Assembly (NCBI GenBank): GCA_964348825.1
Contig: CAYGDX010000001.1
Location: 303,463 to 367,462 of the forward strand
Source: an uncultured Gammaproteobacteria bacterium
GTDB lineage: Bacteria; Patescibacteriota; Patescibacteriia; Veblenbacterales; UBA10138
Length of the DNA: 64,000 bases
Direction: 5' to 3'
This document shows, in pieces, positions 36,073 through 45,028 of the stretch (its first letter is position 1; each line of letters opens with the position of its first letter). A program made the translations under genes and the position numbers. The notes beneath the pieces are model-generated. The model made no database searches. It saw nothing but the letters and a program-made list of their open reading frames with translations, and was not told where the DNA came from.

Positions 36073-37317
36073 CTATTCATATCTCAGTGCTTCCACTGGA
36101 TCGAAACTAGCCGCTTTTTTAGCTGGGTACCAACCAAAAATTAAACCAATTACCAATCCTACTGTTACGGCGGTAATAATAGCTGACAAAGAAACTACAA
36201 ATTGCCAATCATAATCTAAGCCGTTGGCAATAAGCGCGATAATGGCCGAAATAATACTGCCACCAAGAATGCCTATACTCGCGCCAAACATAGAAATAAT
36301 AATTGTTTCTAGTAAAAATTGGCGTTTAATATGACTTTGGGTGGCTCCTACTGCGCGACGTAAACCAATTTCTCGGAATCTTTCAGTGGCCGCTACCAAC
36401 ATAATATTCATAATGCCAATTCCACCAACGAGTAAGCTGATGGCAGCAATGGCGGCTAGGAAAAATTTAAAACCATCAGTGATAACTTTTAACATATCAG
36501 CCGCTTGTTCAGCCGTGCGTACTGAAAAATCATCTTCATCTCGGCCATTTAAATTATGTTGCTCACGCAAAACATCTTTAATGCCCTCAAGTACTAGTGG
36601 TAGATTTTTAGAGTCGTCAATTTTAGCGCGTACTAAAGATAAATGATTAATACCGAGCAGAATTTTTTGAGCAGTAAGAAGTGGAATAAAAACTTGATTA
36701 TCTTGATTAGAAAAAGCTACTGTACCGCGTTCGGTAAGTAGTCCAATTACTTTAAAATTTTCTCGTTTGATTCTGATAGTTTGTCCAACTGGATCTACAC
36801 CCGCAAATAATTCATCTGCCATTTCACTACCTAAAACTGCTACGCGGGCTACGCCGATTTCTTCAAAGCTATTAAAAAATCGTCCAGAACTCAAAGTAAT
36901 ATTTTCTACTTGTGGATAAGTGGCCGAAACGCCTAAGTATGCCCCAGCGCGTTTTTCTTGGGTTCGGGAAGCAATGGTAGCTGTACCACGAGCATAACCA
37001 GCTAGGGCTACAATGTGATTGGTGCGCGGATCATTTTGTAAGGCCTTAATATCGTCATTTACCAAGGTCTTTACTTGAATGCCGAAAACTGCGGCGGGTG
37101 GACCCTTACTATCAGATGCGCCGGGTAGTATACCAATTAAATTGCCACCTAATTTTGAGACCTGCGATAAAATAAGCGACTGTGCCCCACTACCAATTGA
37201 AACAATTAAAACCACTGAGCCAACACCGATAATTAAGCCGAGCATGGTTAAAAAAGATCGCAGTGGGTTAGCACGGAGATTTCTAATTGAGAGGTGTAGA
37301 ATGTTGTTTAGAGTCAT
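36073..37317 (-). CDS. ABC transporter permease, MacB/FtsX-like (second paralog)
   Basis: Same architecture as the previous gene; ends ...DPVEALRYE. Confidence 0.8.
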   Translation of the reverse strand: MTLNNILHLSIRNLRANPLRSFLTMLGLIIGVGSVVLIVSIGSGAQSLILSQVSKLGGNLIGILPGASDSKGPPAAVFGIQVKTLVNDDIKALQNDPRTNHIVALAGYARGTATIASRTQEKRAGAYLGVSATYPQVENITLSSGRFFNSFEEIGVARVAVLGSEMADELFAGVDPVGQTIRIKRENFKVIGLLTERGTVAFSNQDNQVFIPLLTAQKILLGINHLSLVRAKIDDSKNLPLVLEGIKDVLREQHNLNGRDEDDFSVRTAEQAADMLKVITDGFKFFLAAIAAISLLVGGIGIMNIMLVAATERFREIGLRRAVGATQSHIKRQFLLETIIISMFGASIGILGGSIISAIIALIANGLDYDWQFVVSLSAIITAVTVGLVIGLIFGWYPAKKAASFDPVEALRYE

Positions 37318-37368
37318 GGTAGAAATTTATAGTTTTATTTTGTTACTTTTTATAAAGTAACATAAAAT

Positions 37369-37501
37369 CGCCGCCTTCGTCTTCGGGTTTGAACAGTGCT
37401 CGTCAAACGAGCTGGTTCGGGCTATGCACAACTACCGCAGCACGCCCAAGCCGGACGCTCGTTTGACTTCCGCTCTGTACAAACCCTACGACAGGGCGGC
37501 A
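37369..37501. repeat. GC-rich roughly 130 bp structured repeat element, copy A (intercistronic in the efflux operon)
   Basis: About 80% identical to 42712-42864; terminal complementarity CGCCGCC...GGCGGC; internal arms GTTTGAACAGTGCTCGTCAAACGAGCTG / GACGCTCGTTTGAC...CTCTGTACAAAC. Confidence 0.6.
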
Positions 37502-37574
37502 CGACTTTTGGTCCGCCAGCTGGCGGATTTGGATTTGGAAATTGGAAATTTAAAAATTTTTGAATTAAAATTTT

Positions 37575-38312
37575 TTACTTCAACTCTCCTTCTCTGGCCA
37601 CTCGTCTATCTTCAGCTGATACTTGAGTATCTCCCACCAATTCTCCATCCTTCAGTTTTAAAATTCTTTGGGCGTGGTTGGCCGTAGCGGTTTCGTGGGT
37701 GACTAAAATAATGGTATGACCTTGTTCATTTAATTTATCCAACAAATCCATAACTTGGGCGCCTGATTTAGAGTCCAAATTACCAGTCGGTTCATCAGCA
37801 AAAATTACCGCTGGATTATTTACCAAAGCCCGTGCCATAGCCACACGTTGTTTTTCACCGCCTGATAATTGATTTGATAAGTGGTTGAGTCGGTGCTCTA
37901 ACCCAACTGCGGTGGCAGCCGCTACAGCTTTTTCATTACGCTCGGCTTCACTCATTTCTACGTAGAGCAGTGGTAATTTTACATTATCTAAAACTGAAGT
38001 TTTGGGTAGTAAATTAAATTGTTGAAAAACAAACCCAACGGCCTGTGAGCGCAAAACAGCTAGTTCGTCGTCGGAAAGTCCGGCTACATTTTTATCTTGA
38101 AATAAATATTCGCCTGAAGTTACACGATCTAAAAATCCTAAAATGTGCATGAGAGTTGATTTGCCCGAGCCCGATGGACCCATAATGGATACAAATTCAC
38201 CCTTAGTAATAACAAAAGACATACCCTTAAGAACTGAAGTCACCACCTCTTCATTGGTATAGTCTTTGGTTACACTTTTTATTTCTATTAAGTTAGTTTT
38301 ATTATTTACCAT
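37575..38312 (-). CDS. ABC transporter ATP-binding protein (MacB/LolD-like)
   Basis: Walker A GPSGSGKST, signature LSGGEKQRVAMARAL, Walker B IFADEPTGNLD. Confidence 0.9.
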   Translation of the reverse strand: MVNNKTNLIEIKSVTKDYTNEEVVTSVLKGMSFVITKGEFVSIMGPSGSGKSTLMHILGFLDRVTSGEYLFQDKNVAGLSDDELAVLRSQAVGFVFQQFNLLPKTSVLDNVKLPLLYVEMSEAERNEKAVAAATAVGLEHRLNHLSNQLSGGEKQRVAMARALVNNPAVIFADEPTGNLDSKSGAQVMDLLDKLNEQGHTIILVTHETATANHAQRILKLKDGELVGDTQVSAEDRRVAREGELK

Positions 38313-39870
38313 TGGAAATTCTGGTTATTACTTTATCGCCGGTTTGAAGCCCGCTTAACACTTCAGTTAAGCCGGCGTCACCTAAGATACCGATGGTAAT
38401 TTCTTTGCGTTCAATTACATCATCAGATTTTAAAATATCAACATAAGTTTTATTATTTTCGTAGCGCAAAGCTCGACTCGGAATAGTTAGAACATTATTT
38501 TTTTCAGCCGTCGCAATTTCTAAATTTACCGTCATGCCCGGTTTCATTCTGGCATCGGTACTAGGTAGGTTAATGGTAATTTCATAGTAAACTACATCAC
38601 TTACTATAGTTGAGGCCGGATCAATAAAACTAATATGGCCGATAAATTTTTCTGATTGTGTGAAAGCATCAAAAGAAATATCAACTGCTTGGCCAATTTG
38701 CAGTTTGGCAATATCAGCTTCAGGAACTTTAACTTTAATTTCATAATCACCTTGAGCGAGTAGCACAATAATTGGTGCGGCACCAGTGACTGATTCGCCT
38801 ACTTGATTATTAATTTTAGTAATAAGGCCGGCTGTGGGAGCAACTAAAGTTCGGTCAGATAAATTGGCTTGAGCTTGGGCTAGACTGCCGCGTGCGGCAT
38901 TAACTTGTGCTTCGGCATACAAGATATCATAACTACGAGTTGGCGCTTGTTTAAAAGATAATTGAGCTTGGGTTTGAGCGAGTGCTTGTTCAGCTGAACG
39001 CACTGTTGCTTCAGCCGCTTCCACTTGTTGTTTTTGGGTAGTGAGCGCGGCTTCATAAGCGGCTTGGTAAGTGGCATAACTTGCGCTTGCGGTATTAGGA
39101 ATTTCTACTGTCCAAGTATCACCAGCTACTATAGTGCCGCTAGTTGAAATTTGAATTTTTAAACCATGCGTACCAAATGCAGTTGGTGTAGTGCGACTAC
39201 CTTCAGTACCAATTACATTTTCTAAACCATAAACTGAATACATTAAATTAGCTGGATTATCAAATCTTATTGTATAAGTACCAAGTTCGCTACCGGTATA
39301 AGTACCACTCACGCTAAGTGTGGCGGTGGAAATATTCCATTTGGCAGGTAGTGCTTGGGCTGGTAAACCAACTAATTGAGCTAAGGCATTACTTACTGCG
39401 CGGTTTTGGCTAGATTTAGTATTAACTAATGATTCACGGGCGTTCTCGAGTGTGGTTTGGGCGGCATCGACACTGGCTTTTGTTACCGCAATATCTTCGC
39501 TTTGCGCGCCAGCTTGAAGTTTAGCTAAATTCGCTTGGGCTTGTTGTAAACTTGCTTGAGCTGATAACACACTAGCTTGCACATCGCGGCTTTCTAAACT
39601 GGCTAGCACTTGTCCGGCTCGTACTTTATCGCCAACTTTTGCATTTACCCAATTAAGTTTACCGCTAGTTTTAAATCCTAAATCAATATCTTCAGCCGCC
39701 TTTAAAGTACCTGTGGCACTGACAGTTTGTTTGATGGTTTGATTGGAAACAATTTCAGTGGTATAAACAGGTTTTTGGCTTTGATTTTTACCATACCAAA
39801 CTCCACCAATAATCAAGATTAAGATTATTGCCGGAATCCAGACCTTTTTAAGTTTTAAAATTTGCCACAT
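38302..39870 (-). CDS. efflux periplasmic adaptor (membrane-fusion protein, HlyD/MacA-like) with a large inserted domain
   Basis: N-terminal TM, biotinyl/lipoyl-like hairpin, coiled coils, C-terminal beta-barrel; 11-nt overlap with the ATPase gene. Confidence 0.75.
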   Translation of the reverse strand: MWQILKLKKVWIPAIILILIIGGVWYGKNQSQKPVYTTEIVSNQTIKQTVSATGTLKAAEDIDLGFKTSGKLNWVNAKVGDKVRAGQVLASLESRDVQASVLSAQASLQQAQANLAKLQAGAQSEDIAVTKASVDAAQTTLENARESLVNTKSSQNRAVSNALAQLVGLPAQALPAKWNISTATLSVSGTYTGSELGTYTIRFDNPANLMYSVYGLENVIGTEGSRTTPTAFGTHGLKIQISTSGTIVAGDTWTVEIPNTASASYATYQAAYEAALTTQKQQVEAAEATVRSAEQALAQTQAQLSFKQAPTRSYDILYAEAQVNAARGSLAQAQANLSDRTLVAPTAGLITKINNQVGESVTGAAPIIVLLAQGDYEIKVKVPEADIAKLQIGQAVDISFDAFTQSEKFIGHISFIDPASTIVSDVVYYEITINLPSTDARMKPGMTVNLEIATAEKNNVLTIPSRALRYENNKTYVDILKSDDVIERKEITIGILGDAGLTEVLSGLQTGDKVITRISNGK

Positions 39871-40041
39871 AAATTAAATAATATTACAGGTTAAAGCGTT
39901 ATTATTTTAGCTGATTTTTGTCTTTTGGTCAATAAAAATAAAAAAATAAATTCCTCCCCTTTTCAGGGGAGGTTAGGTCTTCGACTCTGAGGGATGAGCC
40001 CTCAGGCTCAGACTCGAATGAGTGGGGTATTTATAATAGTG

Positions 40042-40689
40042 TTATCGTCGTTTTTTTACACCTTTAACCTTTGGCGCAGGTGTGTGGCCGGCCACAGATA
40101 TTTTAGAATCCTTAATCGTTACTGAATCCCACAAAAAAGCTGAGCGGTTTAATTCAGCTTTCCATTTTTCACCAAAAATTTCTTTAGCCAGCTTCTCTAC
40201 CACATGGCCTTTTACTTTTATTATACCGGCTTTCGCATAAATTATTTGCGGTTCTAATTTCGAATCCTTCACTTTGGCGTTGATTTGTAATTCCAGATTA
40301 AATTTAGTTGGTTTAAGTACTCGGGTTTTGATAGTTATTTTATCGCCAGAAATTGTAAGTTTTACGCTTTTAGGTTCTACTGTGCCGGTCTTAAGTTTAT
40401 TGGCCGCGTCTTGGAGTATGGCCAGCAGTTCTTTATCTGTAAATTCTTGTTGGATTTTTTGGTTTAAACGAGCCGGCTTGGCTTCTACTAAATTTTCCCA
40501 ATTACGTACTTTACTTAAACCCGATTTTAAGGCCTCTTGATTAACTTCGGCTTTAGTATCGGTAACACCTTTTACCGCTTGCACTGGCTCAGTTTTTACC
40601 TGCCATGGCCATTTAAAAGCGGCTTGGGAAGGTGTGGACCAAAGCAAAAAACAGGCAGTTATTACCAAAATTAATTTTAGTAGTTTCAT
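40042..40689 (-). CDS. hypothetical secreted protein
   Basis: Signal peptide MKLLKLILVITACFLLWSTPSQA; Lys-rich. Confidence 0.45.
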   Translation of the reverse strand: MKLLKLILVITACFLLWSTPSQAAFKWPWQVKTEPVQAVKGVTDTKAEVNQEALKSGLSKVRNWENLVEAKPARLNQKIQQEFTDKELLAILQDAANKLKTGTVEPKSVKLTISGDKITIKTRVLKPTKFNLELQINAKVKDSKLEPQIIYAKAGIIKVKGHVVEKLAKEIFGEKWKAELNRSAFLWDSVTIKDSKISVAGHTPAPKVKGVKKRR

Positions 40690-40792
40690 AACTAAAGTTT
40701 AACCAGTAAATGAATATAATGCAAATCTGGTCAAAATAAAAAACTCCAATAATGGTTGACCATATTGAAGTTTTATGAAAGACATATAAGTA

Positions 40793-41386
40793 TTATTTAA
40801 TATTTTTTACCAATTCCTCAGGAAGTGATGTTAATATTTTTTTATGTTCGGCGATTAATATTTTCCACACCTCGTTAAATTTTCTTGAGCGAAATTGCTT
40901 GACTAAAAATTTAATTAAATCTGGCGTGAGCTCGAAAGGAATAGCATTATAGATATTATCACCCAGTCTAACCACTTTTGCATTTGGGTGAGTGTAAATT
41001 ACCACTGCCCATAAGTTATCGTCAGGCCACCATTCGTGAATATCAACTTCAAGTTTGTGAGCTATAAAGTACTTGTTCATTAATGCCTTGACTAATGCCG
41101 TAAATAAATATCGACAATTCTGCTCATCTCCGCATTCTATCTCAATTTGAATAGAATCAAAATAAAAAGGAGGAAGAGTGTCTTTACTACTGTAGTTCAC
41201 CTTGAGTTCTATGTGGTTTATTGGTGGTGGTAAATCATGAATTTTATTACACATCATTCCCTCACTATCAAAACCCAAAGCCCTTATTGTAGCTAGTAAT
41301 TTGTCAAAGAGTGGAAGATATAAATTTGGATATTTACCAAGAATTTTGATTTTTTTATTTTTTTTATCCTTAGCTTGCTTTGCCAT
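40793..41386 (-). CDS. hypothetical protein
   Basis: 197 aa ORF, Lys-rich N-terminus; no recognisable motif. Confidence 0.45.
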   Translation of the reverse strand: MAKQAKDKKNKKIKILGKYPNLYLPLFDKLLATIRALGFDSEGMMCNKIHDLPPPINHIELKVNYSSKDTLPPFYFDSIQIEIECGDEQNCRYLFTALVKALMNKYFIAHKLEVDIHEWWPDDNLWAVVIYTHPNAKVVRLGDNIYNAIPFELTPDLIKFLVKQFRSRKFNEVWKILIAEHKKILTSLPEELVKNIK

Positions 41387-41543
41387 TGTTAATGCCCTTT
41401 GTGCTTATTTGATTGATTGTGAATTTATTTTTATTAAATATAATTTATACTAAAGGGTGAATTTTGTCAACATCTATAGTACCATCAGGCAATAATACAT
41501 GGTTTGCAAATCTAATTAATTTATTCTAGATAATAATTCTTAC

Positions 41544-41583
41544 CGTCACAAATACCGAGCGGCCGCTCGGTATTTGTGACGGT
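41544..41583. terminator. perfect 40-bp palindrome (CCGTCACAAATACCGAGCGGCCGCTCGGTATTTGTGACGG); terminator and/or operator
   Basis: 18-bp perfect stem with GGCC centre immediately after the queA stop; T-rich on the plus side. Confidence 0.6.
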
Positions 41584-41587
41584 TGTT

Positions 41588-42670
41588 TTAGTTTATTAAC
41601 ATGCCGTCGCCGAAGGAGAAAAAGCGGAAACGTTTTTTGATAGCTAGTTTATAAGTTTTAAGTAGTTTGGCTCGGCCGTAAAAGGCGGCGACAAGCATCA
41701 TTAAGCTGGATTTTGGTACGTGGAAATTGGTAATTAAATTATCCACAAATTTAAATTTATAACCGGGTTGAATAAATAAATTGGTTGAGCCGGTGAGTTT
41801 GGTTAATTTAACGAGAGATTGCTTTTTTTGTCCTCGCCTGCCTGCCGGCAGGCAGGCAATGACGTCCGACGCTGATTCAAGTGTTCGCACTACAGTCGTG
41901 CCAACCGCGATTATTTGCCTCCCTTCGTATTTGGCTTTATTCAAACGTTTGGCGGTATTTTTATTTATAAAATATGATTCGTGATGTAATTGTCCGTTTT
42001 GTAATTGTTCTTGGGTAAGAGGCGCAAAGGTGCCTAAGTTTAAATGTAATGTCACAAATTCAATTTGATGCCCAGCTTTTTTAAGTTTAGCCAATAAATT
42101 TTTAGTAAAATGTAGTGAGGCAGTTGGTGCCGCGACCGAGCCAATAGCACGCGCAAAAATAGTTTGGTAATTTTTTCGTAAAGCAATTTCTGAAAGTTTG
42201 GTGTGTTTTAAATAAGGTGGAATTGGAGTTTGGCCGTATTTTTGTAAAATGGAGTTTAAGTTACTTAGCGGAAATAATGGCTTGAGTGTAAATTTTTCGT
42301 TTTGTTTTTTTAATACAATAAAAAATGGCTTCTTATTTAATAATAAATTATCACCAATATTTATTTTTCTATCAGCTAAAACTTTTATAAAACCACTCCC
42401 CTTTTCTAAAAATAATATGCGTACTTTACCGCCAGTTGGTTTGGTTAATTCCAATCGTGCGGGAATAACTTTTGTTTGATTAAAAACTATAATTGATTTG
42501 GGTGGTAAGTATTTAGCTAAATTAGCAAAGGTATCGGTTTGTAGTTCATTGTTTTTACGATTGCAAACTAAAAGCCGCGCCGAATCGCGTGGGTTGGCTG
42601 GTTGAAGTGCAACTAGTTGGGATGGGAGTTTGTAGTCGTACTTTTGTAATAATTTTTGAAGATTGTTCAT
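41588..42670 (-). CDS. queA: S-adenosylmethionine:tRNA ribosyltransferase-isomerase
   Basis: N-terminal YDYKLPSQLVALQPANPRDSARLLV and conserved C-terminal QueA region; adjacent to tgt. Confidence 0.85.
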   Translation of the reverse strand: MNNLQKLLQKYDYKLPSQLVALQPANPRDSARLLVCNRKNNELQTDTFANLAKYLPPKSIIVFNQTKVIPARLELTKPTGGKVRILFLEKGSGFIKVLADRKINIGDNLLLNKKPFFIVLKKQNEKFTLKPLFPLSNLNSILQKYGQTPIPPYLKHTKLSEIALRKNYQTIFARAIGSVAAPTASLHFTKNLLAKLKKAGHQIEFVTLHLNLGTFAPLTQEQLQNGQLHHESYFINKNTAKRLNKAKYEGRQIIAVGTTVVRTLESASDVIACLPAGRRGQKKQSLVKLTKLTGSTNLFIQPGYKFKFVDNLITNFHVPKSSLMMLVAAFYGRAKLLKTYKLAIKKRFRFFSFGDGMLIN

Positions 42671-42711
42671 AATTATTTTTTACCACTTCTCTAGAGAAGT
42701 GGTGCAAGAGT

Positions 42712-42864
42712 CGCCGCCCCAGCCTACCGGCAGGCAGGTCGGTCTTCGGGTTTGAACAGTGCTCGTCAAACGAGCTGATCAGGCCTATGCACAGCGACCA
42801 CAGCACGGCCTGACCGAACGCTCATTTGCCTTACGCTCTGTACAAACCCTACGACAGGGCGGCA
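42712..42864. repeat. GC-rich structured repeat element, copy B (between tgt and queA)
   Basis: Same element as 37369-37501, with a 19-bp insertion containing CCGGCAGGCAGG and compensatory loop-stem changes (GGGC/GCCC vs GGCC/GGCC). Confidence 0.6.
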
Positions 42865-42875
42865 GTTCCTTTAAG

Positions 42876-44012
42876 TTATATCAAACCTTTTCTAATTTTA
42901 TCGCGGTAGGATTTGATAAGGTTGTTAAAAAAATATAAATTATGCAAGGTTAATAATCTTAGCGGCGTTATTTCGCGGGCTCGCAAAAGGTGGCAAATGT
43001 AATTTCGTTTATAACTTCCGCAAACCATACATCCACATTTAACGTCCAGTGGTTTTTTATCGGTTAGGAATTTTGATTTAAATAAATCAAGTTTACCAGT
43101 TGAAGTAAATGCTGTACCGTGGCGGGCGAAATGTGTAGGTACAATGCAATCAAAAGTATCCACGCCGTTTTTGATAGCGAGTGGTATATCATCTAAATAG
43201 CCAATTCCTAGCAAGTGTCGTGGTTTATTTTCTGGTAGTTCATCATTCACCCATCCTAACATATCGGACATTATTTTTTTATCACTACCAAACTCTCCGC
43301 CAATAGCAAAGCCGTCAAATGGCAAATCAGCAATAAACTTAGCGCTTTGTAGTCGTAAATCTTTATATTTTCCACCTTGCACAATACCGTAGAGGGCTTG
43401 GGTAGAAGTTTTGGCTTTAAGCGATTCTTTAGCCCAGCGGTGGGTTGTTTCTAATGATTCAATTAAATATTTTTTGGAGGCGGAGGGTGGTGGGCATTCA
43501 TCAAATGCTAAAATAATATCAGCACCTAAACTTTGTTGAATTTTAATTGATTCTTTAGGGCCTAAGAATAATTCTTTGCCATCTAAATACGAACGGAAAA
43601 ATACACCATCTTTCGTGATTTTTATTTCTTTAGGTTGATCGCCGTGTTTAACTTCTGAACTGGGCGCGCTTTTGGTTATTTTAGTAGTATTTAAATCTTT
43701 TCCAAATCCCAAACTAAAAACTTGAAATCCGCCGGAATCAGTCATAAGTCCTCCCTGCCAATTCATAAACTTATGTAATCCGCCGGCCGATTTTACAATT
43801 TTTTCAGTGGGGCGCAAATGAAGATGATAAGTGTTGCAAATTAGTAATTGGCTCCCTGACTCCTTGACTTCTTGACTTGTTAAAGTTTTCACCGTGGCTT
43901 GCGTAGCCACTGGCACAAGGCACGGTGTTTCAACCTCGCCATGCGGGGTTTTTAAAATTCCCAAACGCGCACGAGAACGAGTGGATTTTTTGAGGATTTT
44001 GAAATTTAGCAT
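42876..44012 (-). CDS. tgt: queuine tRNA-ribosyltransferase (tRNA-guanine transglycosylase)
   Basis: TPCLVPVATQA, MTDSGGFQ, and zinc site CGCMVC...H. Confidence 0.9.
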   Translation of the reverse strand: MLNFKILKKSTRSRARLGILKTPHGEVETPCLVPVATQATVKTLTSQEVKESGSQLLICNTYHLHLRPTEKIVKSAGGLHKFMNWQGGLMTDSGGFQVFSLGFGKDLNTTKITKSAPSSEVKHGDQPKEIKITKDGVFFRSYLDGKELFLGPKESIKIQQSLGADIILAFDECPPPSASKKYLIESLETTHRWAKESLKAKTSTQALYGIVQGGKYKDLRLQSAKFIADLPFDGFAIGGEFGSDKKIMSDMLGWVNDELPENKPRHLLGIGYLDDIPLAIKNGVDTFDCIVPTHFARHGTAFTSTGKLDLFKSKFLTDKKPLDVKCGCMVCGSYKRNYICHLLRAREITPLRLLTLHNLYFFNNLIKSYRDKIRKGLI

Positions 44013-44030
44013 AAGGTAGTTTTAAGTTTT

Positions 44031-44107
44031 CATTAGAACATTAGAACACTAGAACATAAAAACAAAAAATTGGTAAAATGTTCTAATGCTCTAGTGTTCT
44101 AGTGATT
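44031..44107. repeat. TAGAACA-type intergenic inverted repeat, family 4, copy 1
   Basis: CATTAGAACATTAGAACACTAGAAC...GTTCTAATGCTCTAGTGTTCTAGTGATT; arms complementary; copies at 51671-51747 and 58631-58713. Confidence 0.6.
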
Positions 44108-44168
44108 TTTGAGAGATTGCTTCACCCCTCGTTTGTCTCAGGGTTCGCAATGACACAACGTTTGGAGT

Positions 44169-44447
44169 TTAGTAAATTATTTTAAACTCGTCAAAGTTTT
44201 TTAATTCACCTTCCCCTACTTCTACTTTATCCACACGAGCAAAAAATGGTCCCTTGTTGCACCATTTAATGAATTTTTGCAGATTAGTACTTTCCCCTTC
44301 CACTTCAATATACAAAGTTTTGTCTGCCTCATTTTTTACAAAACCAGTAAGTTTTAATGATTTAGCTTTATCTCGCGCGGCACTGCGAAAATTCACACCC
44401 ACCACTCGGCCAAAAATATGGATGTCAAAATGTTTAAGTTCAAGCAT
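44169..44447 (-). CDS. acyP: acylphosphatase
   Basis: 92 aa; GRVVGVNFR and W...GP..A.V motifs of the acylphosphatase fold. Confidence 0.75.
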   Translation of the reverse strand: MLELKHFDIHIFGRVVGVNFRSAARDKAKSLKLTGFVKNEADKTLYIEVEGESTNLQKFIKWCNKGPFFARVDKVEVGEGELKNFDEFKIIY

Positions 44448-44449
44448 GG

Positions 44450-45016
44450 TTAAAATTTTTTCGCTTCCGAAATTAAATTTTTTAGTGTCTGATAATAATT
44501 TTCTAATTCTTGTTTACAGATATCAAGGGATAAAATATTGTATTTTTCGTCCATTTTATTTTCGGCAGTTGTCAAAGATTCAAAGAAGTTTGAATTCCTT
44601 TCGCCTAAAATAGTTAAGAATCCAAAAAATCCCTTAGGATGTATAAAACGATAACAATCAGCATTGGCGCAGATTTCCGCTTCAAGACATGTAAATGGCA
44701 CATCTTTATGATGCGCTTCAATGCAATTTATTATTTTGTCTTTTGAAGGTTCGTCAATTTTGCATTTTTCAAGAAATTCTTTAGCCGATTTAACGCTAAG
44801 TTGAACATGTTCCGATGTTTTACCTTCCTTAAAAGCTTGGCCAAGTTTTAGATCCATTAGATATATGCCAATTTGAACAATTTTTTTGTCGGCTTTAAGT
44901 TTTTCCGCTAATTCAATTGCTTTCTTTTCTGAAATTTCAAAATGAATTAGAGCTGGTAAGCCAAATTTTTCAATTTCAGATATAGCTAAATTTTTGGATT
45001 TTTGAATTATATCCAT
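44450..45016 (-). CDS. HD-domain protein (weak match)
   Basis: His/Asp pattern (H..., IEAHHKD) suggestive of an HD phosphohydrolase fold. Confidence 0.45.
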   Translation of the reverse strand: MDIIQKSKNLAISEIEKFGLPALIHFEISEKKAIELAEKLKADKKIVQIGIYLMDLKLGQAFKEGKTSEHVQLSVKSAKEFLEKCKIDEPSKDKIINCIEAHHKDVPFTCLEAEICANADCYRFIHPKGFFGFLTILGERNSNFFESLTTAENKMDEKYNILSLDICKQELENYYQTLKNLISEAKKF

Positions 45017-45028
45017 ATCGATTATTGT

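Noticed and set aside
37424-37687. 87-aa plus-strand ORF and the 83-aa ORF at 42555-42806
   Set aside because: Both are read through the GC-rich repeat elements and overlap real genes (the ABC ATPase, queA). They have no SD, and the repeat explains the open frame.
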